Source of the DNA: Octopus vulgaris
Taxonomy: Eukaryota
Assembly (NCBI GenBank): GCA_951406725.2
Contig: OX597820.1
Coordinates: 93,186,001-93,250,000 of the forward strand
Direction: 5' to 3'
Length of the DNA stretch: 64,000 bases
Shown: piece by piece, positions 12,600-26,092 of the stretch
Layout of the letters: every line of letters begins with the position of its first letter
How positions within the stretch are numbered: the first letter of the stretch is position 1
The notes under the pieces: model-generated
Told to the model about the DNA's origin: nothing
The model's database searches: none
The model's input: only the letters and a program-made list of their open reading frames with translations
Translations under genes and position numbers: made by a program

Positions 12600-13860
12600 A
12601 CATGGACATAGGCTCCGACAACCTACCAGCAGTCATTGAACAACTAGTTAATAACATTAGCAGATGCATCTTCAATCTACCCGCCGATAAAGACACTTTT
12701 GAAAAAGCCACCCCATACTACAAAGCTGCTTTAGAAAGGTCCAACTTCAAGAATTGCGTGAACTACATTGAACTACATACAGATAGATCAAGAAGACGCA
12801 GACAGAGGAAAAGCTTATGGTCTGACCCACCCTATAGCATGAACGTAGTCACTAACATAGCTACAAAATTCTTAAAATCAATATATAATCACTTCCCACA
12901 TTCACACAAATACCACTAGATCTTCAACAGAAACACTGATAAAGTTAACTATAGTTTCCTCCCCAATATAGGGTCAATGATATTCAACCTCAATAAAAAT
13001 AAACACACCTGAAATACCCCCGAAAGACTATATAACTGTAGATCTCCAAATCGTTGTCCTCTAAATAATAACTGTCTGGAAAAAGAACTCATACAAGGTC
13101 AAAATCATCGATCCCAACAGAATAACACAGACGTGTATCGGAATGACGGGCAACTCGTTGAAGGAAAGATAAACACAGCACCTGGCGTCATTCAGGGACA
13201 AAAACAAAAGACACACAACATCCCTCTCCAGTATGATATAGACATTGAAAAGAAGAGGAATGAGAAACTCCCAGATAAATTGGAACATCATTGCCAAAGC
13301 CAGAAAATACAGAGGACGGAGTAGTAAATGAGAACCCTGTATCACTGAAAAACTAAACATCATACAGTCAACAGATAACATCCTATATGAGGGACGAAAT
13401 CGTCTCTCCCTGCATACACAAGCAATATTTCACACTTAGACACTTCAAAGAGGAACCACCAGCCGCGCTGCCAATCGATCGAATCCCCAACGAGTTAACA
13501 CGGTATCTCCTTACGACAATGTAAACTTTATATAATCAAGGTATCTTTAGCCTGAAGTATACTTCCGGTCTACCCCTCGTTTTGATAATTTACTACTTCC
13601 GAGGTTCTGTTAGATATGAAACATATGTAGACTGGATTTTATCAACTTCATTCCCTCGTTTGGTAATGTTTATTCGCATATACAACAACCACTGTTGCTA
13701 CCCGTGAACTATAAAATTACATTTTTTTTTCAGATTATCGTGCTTCGATACGGGAAAAAACTCACAACCTTCTGCGCAAATAAACCATTATTGATCCTGA
13801 AAATGTATTTTCTATATCTACAGATTGCTTGAAGCTCATTAAATTCCTACACCTTGAACC
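12600..13860 (+). mobile_element. Penelope-like retroelement relic (RT C-terminus, GIY-YIG endonuclease, 3' repeat)
   Basis: NISRCIFNL..FEKATPYYKAALERS..RRRRQRKSLWSDPPYSMNVVTNIATKFL..HFP; NCRSPNRCPLNNNCL; degraded IGMT..LKER..H..SF; CITEKLNII. Confidence 0.85.
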
Positions 13861-13872
13861 TTGGATATTACC

Positions 13873-13904
<32 letters not shown>

Positions 13905-13906
13905 CA

Positions 13907-13940
<34 letters not shown>

Positions 13941-14017
13941 CATACATACATACATACATACATACATACACATATACATACATACATACATACATACATA
14001 CGTATATACGTATATAC

Positions 14018-14077
<60 letters not shown>

Positions 14078-14084
14078 ATACATA

Positions 14085-14294
14085 TACACGAGGAAGTGCC
14101 TTTAAGGGTATCGCAAAAGGCCTTGTTGGAAACCCAACCCTTCCGAGTTCTTTCACAGGGCTTTAAAAAACTGAAGGACCGCTGCAATAAGTGTGCGAAT
14201 CTGAGAGGAGAATATGTTGAATGAAATGATAATCAACTGATCCTCGTGTGTTTTCTTTTACCCAAACCAGGAACTTTTCAGCACCCCTCGTGTA
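14085..14294 (+). mobile_element. Mariner 3' end fragment
   Basis: [22 protein letters not shown]-terminus followed by TIR AACTTTTCAGCACCCCTCGTG and TA. Confidence 0.8.
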
Positions 14295-14352
14295 GATGTA
14301 TAGATAGATAGATAGATAGATAGATACATACATACATACATACATACATACA

Positions 14353-14384
<32 letters not shown>

Positions 14385-14391
14385 GATATAG

Positions 14392-14426
<35 letters not shown>

Positions 14427-14634
14427 GATAGATACATACATATATACAAATATATATACATATATATACATATATATATAACTATATATATACATATATA
14501 TATAGATATATATGCATATATATACATATATATATAACTATCGTAAGTATAAAGGTAATAAATAATTTATTACCAGTGGTTAGCATGTATGGAGTCGTCA
14601 ATTGTCTCCTCTATGTGTATAAAAATATACACTC

Positions 14635-14665
<31 letters not shown>

Positions 14666-14696
14666 CATACATACACACATATATATATACATTCGT

Positions 14697-14728
<32 letters not shown>

Positions 14729-14740
14729 GTGTATATATAT

Positions 14741-14801
<61 letters not shown>

Positions 14802-15052
14802 ATATATATGTATATATATATATATCGTTCAAATTTACAGAAAACAAAAGACGAAGACCGGTACAGGAACAACAAGCAGGTGTAAGAATTGAATAGTTTT
14901 ATATATATATATACTAAGCAATTAAGGGTTTAGCAACGAATTGCCTCACCACACACCGAATTTAGAAATAGCAGTCAAAGAGTTATAGCTATTCTTTCTA
15001 CTAAAAGGGAGATCTCAGTAAAAATACAGCACTTATATATATATATATAAAC

Positions 15053-15222
15053 TTATAATTGATTATTAATTGTAATTGAGAGTACATGACGTATTAGCGT
15101 TACTAGAAATATGAGTTGAAAATTACTCAAATAAGCCACCTTTATTTGAGTATTTTTTACACTTATTTCTAGCAACGCTAGTACCTCGTGTACCCTCAAT
15201 TATAATTAATAATTAATTATAA
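15053..15222. repeat. ~170-bp imperfect palindrome (~80-bp arms, few-nt loop)
   Basis: Left arm TTATAATTGATTATTAATTGTAATTGAGAGTACATGACG..CTCAAATAA matches the reverse complement of the right arm. Confidence 0.8.
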
Positions 15223-16504
15223 ATTTATAAATTTTCCTTTTCGGCCTTAACGCTTATATATATATATGCAAACATGCATACATGCATATATACATACTTA
15301 CAGACACGACGATTTTCTTTCAGTTTCCGTCAACCAAATCCACTGGCAAGGCTTTGGTCTACCTGGGTCTGTTGTGGAAGATACTTGCCCAAGGTGCCTC
15401 GGAACCATGATGCCTATTGAACTCGGAATCATGTAGTTGAAATAATGTCGTTTAGCTGTTGTCTCTAGTGGTGGTCTGTTATTTTTTACATTTGCTATTT
15501 CAGTACAATTCTACGCATGCGTTAAACATCAAACGTAAGTAAAATATTCTTAATTTTTAGATTTTTTTTAGACGGGGAGGTGATGGGTAGGTGTGGTGAG
15601 GGAAAGAGTCATTGAGTGTTTCCCAGAATCGTTATCTCCGTATCTTTCTACGTAGATTAAAAAAATTCGAAAAAAGTTTAAAATTAATAAATTGGAGAGG
15701 AAGTGGGGGAAATTAAAATTTTGAAAACGTGATTTGTGGGCAAAATCATATTCTCCTATATCGAAATTATTGGCATACGAAAGAATTTTTGATAAAAAAA
15801 ACACCGTATCTTCGCCTGTATATGCATATATATTTCCCCCATCCATCTCTAATTCCCTTTCGCCGTTCTCTATCTGTCTCTCTCTCTTTCCCTTCTTCCT
15901 CTTTTTCTCTCTTTCGTTGGTCACACGTGACCATCGTCCATTTCATTTCCTGCACGACGTTCTAAGGACAGGACGTTTTTTTCTCCCTCTTCTATCTTCT
16001 CTCTTTTCAAAGAAAATATTTCTCCCAGCGTTCACTATTTTCCTCTCATTCTGGTCTGACGACCCTCCATGCTTGTTTTCGTTCGGTTTCCTTGCATGTT
16101 TTCATGGTCCTGTTTTTGTTTCTCAATTTTGACCCTCCATAAATCCAAAATTTTATTTTGGAATTTACGGTAGCAACTGTTGAATGCTCGTAATGAGGAG
16201 TAGATAGACAGTCGACAACTGATGAAGGGTCGTTTTCACTGTTTATTTGTCCTGTTTTCCATTTTTTTCACGTTGTTTGCGTATTTAACTCGTTTGGTTT
16301 CGTACTTCATGTTGTTTACACAGTTGGTGATGTCCTGAACTCACGTATGCATATATATATATATATATATATATATAGCGTACTTGCAACGTTACTCAAC
16401 AAAACTGGCGCATAATGGGAAAATACTATAAATCAAGTTTACCCTGAAATGGTAATACGAACGGAATGAAACAAGTTTCGCATAAGCCAGTAAAGTGGTT
16501 TTCG

Positions 16505-16675
16505 AGGTCATTACATTCAGAACCAGGAAAAGGGAAAACCTGCTACTCTTATGGAAGACTTCGTTCTCAGCCGCTTGGACTACTGCTCCCAACAACACCG
16601 AGTAACTACAGGTGGTGCAAAAGCATGACCTCAGCCCTGGGCTGAAACGAGTAAATGATAAAAAATAAAAGATTA
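16505..16675 (+). mobile_element. CR1-like LINE fragment: short RT piece joined directly to the 3' tail
   Basis: TFRTRKRENLLLLWKT..VLSRLDYCSQ then GAGTAACTACAGGTGGTGC..AGCATGACCTCAGCCCTGGGCTGAAAC tail. Confidence 0.7.
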
Positions 16676-16689
16676 TATATATATATATA

Positions 16690-18900
16690 TCTTTTATATT
16701 TTATCTTTTATCTTTTACTGGTTTCTGTCCAGGGTTGAGGTCATGCTGGTGCACCACCTGTAGTTACTCGATGTTGTTTCGGCATTGCTTTTGATGAAGT
16801 AGCGAGTTGGACGGAGCTGCTCCTCTCTGCGTCTCCTGCTGCGATGTGGGTTCATCTGGTATCTCAGATAGAAACCTGTCCAGGCGTTCCTTGAAAACTT
16901 CCACATCAATACCATGCAGATTTCTAAGGTTGCCTGGAAGGATGTTGAATAATTGCGGGCCCTTGAAACCCAGACTATTGCAGTGCTGTGTCCTTATTTT
17001 AGATGGGGAAGATGGGATCTTTGGTATAATGCAGTGCCGTCCAGTTCGAGGATTGTTATAGCTGTCAATTCCAAAATAGGGAGCTAAACCCTCCAAGATC
17101 TTCCAAATATATATCACTGCATATCTTGTCTTCTCTCCAGGTAATAAAGACTCAGCTCCTTTAGCCTCTCTCAGTAGCCCATCTTTTGCATCGAGTCAAT
17201 CTTCAGCCTAGGGCTGAGGTCATGCTGTTGCACCACCTGTGTGGAGTTTATCGTTAGTTAATTCCGGGCCATACATCATCAGTCTATCATATTTTGGTCT
17301 GAGAATATTGTCGGTGAAATATTTATGTTGTGGATAATTTCCACATTGTTTGTAAAACAGAGGTCCGGGATATTTTTGTGCCTGGTTGGAGAGAGTATGA
17401 TCTGCTTCATGAATAGCATTTTCGTAAGATCATGTAGAGATTCTACTTGATTTCGCTCTTTGTGTGTCATTCCTAGGGTTATATTTCCTTCAGGCCACCT
17501 TATGTTGGGGAAGTTGAAGTCACCCATCAGGAATATGCTAGTACGTTGATCCAGTTGTGTCAGTACTTCCTTTGTGGCACTGAGGATTTCCTCAAATTTT
17601 CCATCATAATTTGAGGCATCAGGTGGGCGATACAATGCGCATATCTCTATATCAAGTTGCTATGTATTATGAGTGTGTACTATATACTATGTGCTATGTA
17701 CTAGATGCACTATAAGTGTGTCACACACCGAGTTCGAGTTCGATAACAGGTGTGACATCTCGGATGTACATTGCAACTCCACCGTGACTTCTTTTTTCTG
17801 TCTGTACGGAGGATAGCATACATCGGTACGTGTATCTCCACATCACTTATGTCTGCAGATAGATGTCCTTCTGTATAGCTTGATTACATGCAGAAAGATT
17901 CTTCAGGTGTTCAATTTTGCATGTGCTGTTGTTCTGCAGCAGACCTTTTATATTCATCAGTAGAAATGGCATTGGTGTTTGTGTGTTGGGAAGTTTGGTG
18001 GCAGTGGTGACCGTCCAGGGTCCATCAATTGGGGAAGTCTTGTGTGCAAGGGTACATAGCTCAACCTAGTCTGTAGCCATGACAACTGTTGAACTATTTC
18101 CTGTGCCACACTTAAAAAATGTTCTTGCATTGCATCTGCATATAAATTTTGTCTTGCCTTCTTTTCTGCAGGTTTGTGGTTTCCTTCGTTGGATGAGTGG
18201 TGTATTTTGTTCCAGCGTTGGGTGCGCAAAGCAACAGTTTGTCCCACTCTCTCCATGCCATCAGACACCTCTTTTGTAGAACTTGCAGAGAAACCTTTTT
18301 CTCTGAGAGGGTCTGATTTGGGTTTTTATGTTAGAACCATTTTCACTTGGCTTTCGTCTTTTTCTACTTCTACATTGGTGCTTTGGGAGTTGTTAGGACT
18401 GTGGTTGTTCGCACTTTTCTCGTTTCCTTTTTTGTTGAGCTTTTGAAAATGATGTTCAGTTTCTCCAGGTGTGGACGCTCTATTTGTGCCACTGATATGG
18501 AGAAACCCTTGCTCTTCAGGACAGCTGTAATCAAATTATTTAGTGAATCGCCTTCTGCGATTTCCCAGGCACGTAGTAGCAATCCTATTTGTGTAGACTT
18601 CCAGTTTCTTGTTATCTTTCTTGTGGTGGTGAGTGCAGTGAGTTTTTGAGTGCAAGTATGGAGAGAGCAGAGGTGTGATGGGAGAAAGCACGGAGGAGAG
18701 TGGGAAGTTGAGTAGGTGTGGAGGAAGCAAGCTGGGGGAGGGAAGAGACCAAAAGGGAATGATGGGGAGATGTAGGGGACAGACAGGAAAGTTGAGGGAG
18801 AGATGCGGGCAGAGAGGATACTGAGAGGGAAGCTGAGATTAGGGCAGGGGAGGTATGCAGGGGAGAGGATGGGCAAGTAACGGTGGGCAATTGGGTTGTA
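16690..18900 (-). mobile_element. Rearranged CR1-like LINE: ORF1, APE endonuclease, RT C-terminus and 3' tail
   Basis: YRPP..MGDFNFPNIRW..PTRHKNIPDLCFTN (APE); IYIWKILEGL..GPQLFNILP..FKERLDRFL..IPDEP (C-terminus); TAAAAGA-like tail repeats; central RT missing. Confidence 0.88.
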
Positions 18901-19493
18901 GATGTGGGTGGATGGAGATAGGAGAGGGGAGTAAGTGTGAGTGAGAGAGAGGGGAAGAGACTAGACTCTTTGTAAATAAGAGCAAAGATGTGGAGAGAAA
19001 AATAGTGAGAGTAAGAACGGCTATATATTTGGAGAAAGTGAGAGAGAAGGGAAGAGGGAGACTAGATACACATTGAATCTTGTACAGAGAGAGAGAGGGG
19101 GTAGTATGTATGGCTAGTGTTTAAGTAAGAAAATGAGTATATATATTTGTAAATACGAGTAAAGTTGTGGAGAGAAAAAGAGTGAGAAGAAAAAGTATAT
19201 ATATTTGGAGAAAGTGAGAGAGGGCGAGAGAGAGACTTGATATATATTTATGTGTGAGTGTGTATATTTTTTCAATCTGTACAAATAACACGAAAAAATA
19301 AATAAATAGTTACCAGGATAGCAAAAATTCATGTAAGTGCCAAGGATATTACAGCCTACTTATAAAGGTAGAAATTCCAGGGTTAAGTGAAATGTTTTTG
19401 TATAACATAGATAAATTAAGAAATGGAGACAAATGCAGGTGTTATTCAAATCATATGATTTGAATAAAACCTCCGTTTGTCTCCATTTCTTAA

Positions 19494-19599
<106 letters not shown>

Positions 19600-20636
19600 T
19601 TTATATAAATGTTTCTCCACACCAGACATTGGCATGAAACTAGAATATTTCATTCTGCTATGCAAACCATATGCCAGAAATATGTCCCGGAAAACAAGGC
19701 CATCACAAAAAGGAACAAGATTCCAAGGGAGAGGAAGATCCTCATGAGATGACGGGCGAAGGTTACAAATCGCTTCAACCAACATTCCAAAACTAGTGAA
19801 AGGTCACGCCTAAAAACAACACTGATGGAGATTGAAAAAAGCCTGCAACAATCCTATGTGAGGGAGAGAGCAGACAAAGAAGCTTGGGTTGTAAAAAAAT
19901 ATTAAGTCAAACCCAAATGTGTAGCAAAACAGCAGTACCCCAGTATGACCACAGCTTTGAGCTGAAAATAATAATAAATATTATTTTCTATACTTTCTTA
20001 TTATTTTGTTTTCTTATTTTGATATCCTTACCTATTAACCTCTTATCCCTTATAAATTGTAACTGTTCTTAAATAGATATTTTTCAATTACTTAAGTCTA
20101 TGCGAGATGGTTATACTATATCCATATAAACGTATAAATATTTGTGTATGTGTAGATATGCATATATTGTTATTTTTCTTGTTCGTAAATAGATATTTTT
20201 CAGTTACTTAAGTCTATGCCAGATGGTCATACTATATCCATATAAATATTTGTGTATATGTATATGTGCATGTGTTCACATATAGAAATATGTGTGTGTG
20301 TATCTGTACACACCTTTATTTTTTTATGATTCATGGCTTAAAAGTAATATATAAATAACATGTTTATCTTTCCAGTTATTCCACAAGTAAATGCCCTGAG
20401 CAGTCTTTATCGAAACTACCTAATAAGTAATTAATTAAGAACATGAACGAATATTAAACTGATTCTATGTACTCTTTCATTTTTAATCTTTATAATTGAT
20501 ATATATATATATATACACATTTTACCTATTTTGGTTATGATATCATTTTCGAAAATCTTAAATTTTATTTTTATACAACATAACAATATTGTTTATAAAC
20601 AATCTTCCATAGTGTGCCCCAAGGTAAAATTTCCTG

Positions 20637-21678
20637 TACGATGGGTTGGTGCCTTCCTCTCAGATCGCTCCTTCCAAGTCCAAGTTAATGGTTCGCGATC
20701 CGACGTCTCCAGTGCGAGCAGTGGCGTGCCTCAAGGTTCAGTGCTTGGGCCCTTATTGTTCTTAGTCTTCATAAATGACTTGCCCGACGACCTCACGCAA
20801 CACACCCTTCTATTTGCCGACGATGTCAAACTGGTCGCTCCTCGCGATGATATAGAGGATCTTCGTCGATGCCTCCACCAAATTTGGAGATGGTCTAACG
20901 AATGGGACCTGTATCTGAACGTGTCAAAGTGCTGTCATCTGCCTGTTGGCTCTCCTCCTGCAACTCAACTGGAGAGGACCGATCAGGTAAAGAACCTGGG
21001 TATCTCGGTGGATTCCTCCTTTTCGCCTTCGGCCCAGTGCGTCCATGCTGCCAACAAAGCACGCCGAGTTCTGTTCTTGATTCGACAGTCATTCGGAATG
21101 CTCACAGTAGCCATATTCCTACCGATCTATATCACGCTGGTGAAACCCATATTGGAGTACGGGATTCAAGCCTCTTCTCCTTATCTCCTCAAAGACATAC
21201 AGCATCTCGAAAGAGTCCAGAAGCTGGCTACCCGCATGGTTCTTGGTCTCAAGAATTTGTCTTATGAAGAAAGGCTGAAGACGCTCGACCTTTATTCTCT
21301 AGAAAAACGACGACGCCGTGGTGATCTCATTCTTGCTCACAACATCATAAGCGGAAAGTGTACCCTCTCGAAAGAGCTGTTCTTCACTCCTGCTCCAGAG
21401 CGTCGGCTGCGGGGTCATTCCGAAAAGCTCTATCTGCGACGATTTCATCTCAATCGAAGGAGAGGGGCTTTCTCCGTCCGGGTTGCGGATCCGTGGAATA
21501 AGCTGCCGGACGAGATGGTGAAGATGCCGACGACCGCTCGGTTCAAAGTCTCCCTTGACCACAAGTGGCCTGAACTCTTTACATGAACACCACCCTGTAC
21601 ATAACTCCATGCCCCCCTACATGTCCTTGCTTTTTGCTTTTTGAGCCAAATAATTAATTAACTAACTAACTAACTAAC
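20637..21678 (+). mobile_element. Young 5'-truncated CR1/L2-group LINE with open RT reading frame
   Basis: SGVPQGSVLGPLLFLVFINDL, LFADDVKL, LERVQKLATRMV, FSVRVADPWNKLP; (TAAC)n tail; CpGs retained. Confidence 0.93.
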
Positions 21679-22261
21679 ATCCTAGGTTTCTTAGCATCTT
21701 GCCCCTTTAACTGGTAATTAACATCATGATTTAAAGTCTTCCCCTACCCAGATTCATTTTCTAGACGATTACTTTGTATCCAATTGACTATTCCTAATGT
21801 CTTCTTTCCTCCCTGAGGAAAAGGGATACATATGACAATATTTATGACCATACATATTCCATGAGCTGTCAACTCACTCTTGCTCTTTATTCAAAACAGA
21901 CACAGTCTTCTAGTCTTAGATCTAGTAGTTGATAAAGAGATAAATTAATTAGAAATGAATTACAACCCTTTACAAGCTATGACCTCAATGGTCTTCATGT
22001 GACTCTTGGAAGTGTAGTCTATTCCTAGCTACAATAGCGACAACATGAATTCCTTCCATCTTCTTGCTCTGTTAAATTATTTGAGAAAAATTATATTAAG
22101 GTGTCCAACTGGTTAAAATTCTATTTATTTATTTGTGCAACTGAGGATGGCACAGCATTTAAATTGATGTAATGATTGCATTGTTCAATTCAATGGAGCC
22201 GCTTGAAACGGTTGTACTGCATCACTACTTGATATCTTGTTGCTTATTTTGATTATATATA

Positions 22262-22613
22262 TCGTCATCGTCGTGGAAGTCCGTCGGTTACGAAGACTAG
22301 GGTTCTAGTTGATCCGACCAACAGAACAGGCTGCTCGTAAAATTAACGTGAAGTGGCTGAGTACTCCACAGACACGTGTACCCTTTACCTAGTTCTCGGA
22401 GAGAGCGTGACACAGTGTGACATGGATGACCCTTTGGAATACAGATACAACAGAAACAGGAAGTAAAAGTGAAAGAAAGTTGTGGTGAAAGATTACAGCA
22501 GCGTTCCCCCACCCCTGCCGCAGCTTCGTGGAGCTTGAGGTATTTTCGCTCAATAATCACTCACAACGCCCGGTCTGGGAGTCCGCTGCCCTAACCACTG
22601 GGCCATTGCGCCT
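22262..22613 (-). mobile_element. tRNA-derived SINE family C variant
   Basis: Head GGCGCAATGGCCCAGTGGTTAGGGCAGCGGACTC; 3' half shared with the 41555-41878 copy. Confidence 0.8.
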
Positions 22614-22617
22614 ACAC

Positions 22618-23242
<625 letters not shown>

Positions 23243-23647
23243 CAACAATGAAGAAATAAGTGCTATCGATATCCACTTTATACAGCTCAACCAATTAGCG
23301 TTTTGATAGAGCTTCAGGAATATAAAATTAAGGAGGAGATGTATATATTCACTCAATCCATATTAACAAAATTCTCCATGGTATACAAAATACATACATA
23401 GATGCATTCATTAATATGATATATAAAAAATTTCTAATTATTTATGAATGTATAATACATGTACACGAAAATTTATAAACATATAAAAATTCATAGACAT
23501 ATAAAAATTTATAAACACATAAAAATTCATAAATATATAAAAATATAAATATTCGCAAGTCAATAAATGTACTTGCGAAGTTCGAATTTGATTCAATGAA
23601 GAGGACGATAAATCAAATGAAAAATGATTCATAAGGAATCTAGAACA

Positions 23648-23792
23648 TGTTTGCTAACCAACCACATGGTTCCGGGTTCACTCCCACTGCGTGGCATCTT
23701 GGGCAAGTGTCTTCTGCTACAGCCCCGGGCCGACCAATGCCATGTGAGTGGATTCGGTAGACGGAAACTGAAAGAAGCCTGTCGTATATATG

Positions 23793-23834
<42 letters not shown>

Positions 23835-24041
23835 TGTGTCTGTGTTTGTCCCCCTAGCATTGCTTGACAACCGATGCTGGTGTGTTTACGTCCCCGTCAC
23901 TTAGCGGTTCGGCAAAAGAGACCGATAGAATAAGTACTGGGCTTACAAAGAATAAGTCCCGGGGTCGATTTGCTCGACTAAAGGCGGTGCTCCAGCATGG
24001 CCGCAGTCAAATGACTGAAACAAGTAAAAGAGTAAAGAGAG
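23648..24041 (+). mobile_element. SINE family A, 5'-truncated, young
   Basis: Nearly identical to 60590-60996. Confidence 0.9.
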
Positions 24042-24336
24042 TATGTATAAAATCTACGTATAAAACTTACGGCTGTTTCGAAAAGATATAAGTTGCTATG
24101 GGCGAGCTAACTCCACACATATGATACACACGCGAAGAATTGCGATTTATACACGAAGGAAGCGATGCACGTAATCTGAGCCAACAAAAATAGTTTATTT
24201 AATACGATATCTGACGTTATAATTACCTGTAGACACAAATATGTTTCAACGTTTAAATTTTTCAAAAATGATTAAACTATAGGATTCTAATTTAGCCTTA
24301 CTTTATATATTACGTTGTAATATACTTTATATTATA

Positions 24337-24840
24337 CTAGCAGTATCGCCCGGCGTTGCTCGGTTTGTAAGGGAAATAACTATATAAACATTTTTAAAGA
24401 GTTACTTCCCTTATAGATGCCAATTCGGGCTTTCTTAGCCATTTCTGTTTTGGTGTCTTCAAGCCATGAAGTCGTTGTACTGAAAGAACGCTGGTCTCCT
24501 TGACAACGCTTTACGACGTTGATTTCCTTACACTCCCTTCCCCACAGCTTCACGAGGGAGGGAAGAAGGGGGAGAAGTAAACAGGTGCGGGTGTGACCAT
24601 GGACGCCAACTCCGCCGCCATCGACACACGAAAAATTATGCATTAAAATGGAATAAAAAATTATGTTAAATTATTTTTAAAATCGTAGACTCATCGTAGA
24701 CGCGCGCTAGACGGCTCGATATGAATCACGACTATAAGATACCCGAATTTGGTTAAACTGCACCGCAAAATGTGGGAGTAGTTAGGAATCTAAATCGAAG
24801 GGGACAGACACTCACACAACTACAGTTTTATATATATAGA
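24337..24840 (-). mobile_element. Non-autonomous Helitron
   Basis: Same 3' terminus (CGAGCAACGCCGGGCGATACTGCTAG) as 1800-2190; TCTATATATATAAAA 5' end; A|T insertion. Confidence 0.85.
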
Positions 24841-25228
24841 TATAGTGTCGTAATACATTTTAACCTTTTAACATCATATGCCCGAAGAGAATGGTCCGAT
24901 CAAACATTCGATTTTAAATAAATCATTTAACCCACCATTTCTTTTGAAGGCTTTAACCTTGTGATTCCAGTAACTCTGATGAGAGAAATATAGAGTATTG
25001 CTATGGTTGGCGTTAGCTCGCCCATAGCAACCTATATCATTTCGAAACGGCCATATGACTTTAGACATAGATTTTATACGTGTTCTAGATTCCTTATGAA
25101 TCATTTTACATTTGCTTTATCCTCCTCTTCGTTGATTTAAATTCGAACATTCGGAGTTCGCAAGTACATTTATGGACTTATATTTTTATATATTTATATT
25201 TATGAATTTTTGTGTTTACGTGAATGCA

Positions 25229-25264
<36 letters not shown>

Positions 25265-25385
25265 TTGCAACACCAAATGGTTTTATCTCCAACCGTGCTT
25301 TCTTCTGCTGTGATTTTTGCTACCAAGGTATCGGTTAAACTTTTGATTAATCTGCAACAAGATTATTCATCTTTCTATTTTACCA

Positions 25386-25421
<36 letters not shown>

Positions 25422-25423
25422 CA

Positions 25424-25457
<34 letters not shown>

Positions 25458-25459
25458 CA

Positions 25460-25492
<33 letters not shown>

Positions 25493-25557
25493 TTATATAT
25501 GTGTGTATATATTTATATATATATATATATACATACATACATACATATATTTATCTT

Positions 25558-25637
<80 letters not shown>

Positions 25638-25807
25638 TATATATATATAGATATATATATATATAGATATAGATATATATATATAGCGGAGTGAATGCGC
25701 TTAGCAGTGTTTACGTATAATCACAATTTAGGTTAGTTGATGTGACAAACATATTTCAACTAACCTAGATTATGAATATAAATATAAATATATCTATACA
25801 TATTGAA

Positions 25808-25870
<63 letters not shown>

Positions 25871-26014
25871 ATTTAATGTATAAAGGGTAAAAATACGAGT
25901 TACTAATATTATCTTTATACTGTTTACATTAAATGATATTTATCTCTCACTGGATGAAATACTGCTTTGTTTTTTCTTACCGTAAAGGAAAAGTGTACAT
26001 ACATATATATATAT

Positions 26015-26092
<78 letters not shown>

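Larger units (their letters stand above)
23401..25230. mobile_element. Long-inverted-repeat (foldback-like) element carrying nested SINE and Helitron insertions
   Basis: TA|GATGCATTCA ... TGAATGCATC|TA termini; arms share AATGTACTTGCGAA..ATGATTCATAAGGAATCTAGAACA..GTTGCTATGGGCGAGCTAAC. Confidence 0.7.

Noticed and set aside
20531-21586. 351-aa cellular gene
   Set aside because: RT C-terminal half of a truncated LINE; the first ~35 codons are chance-open flanking DNA
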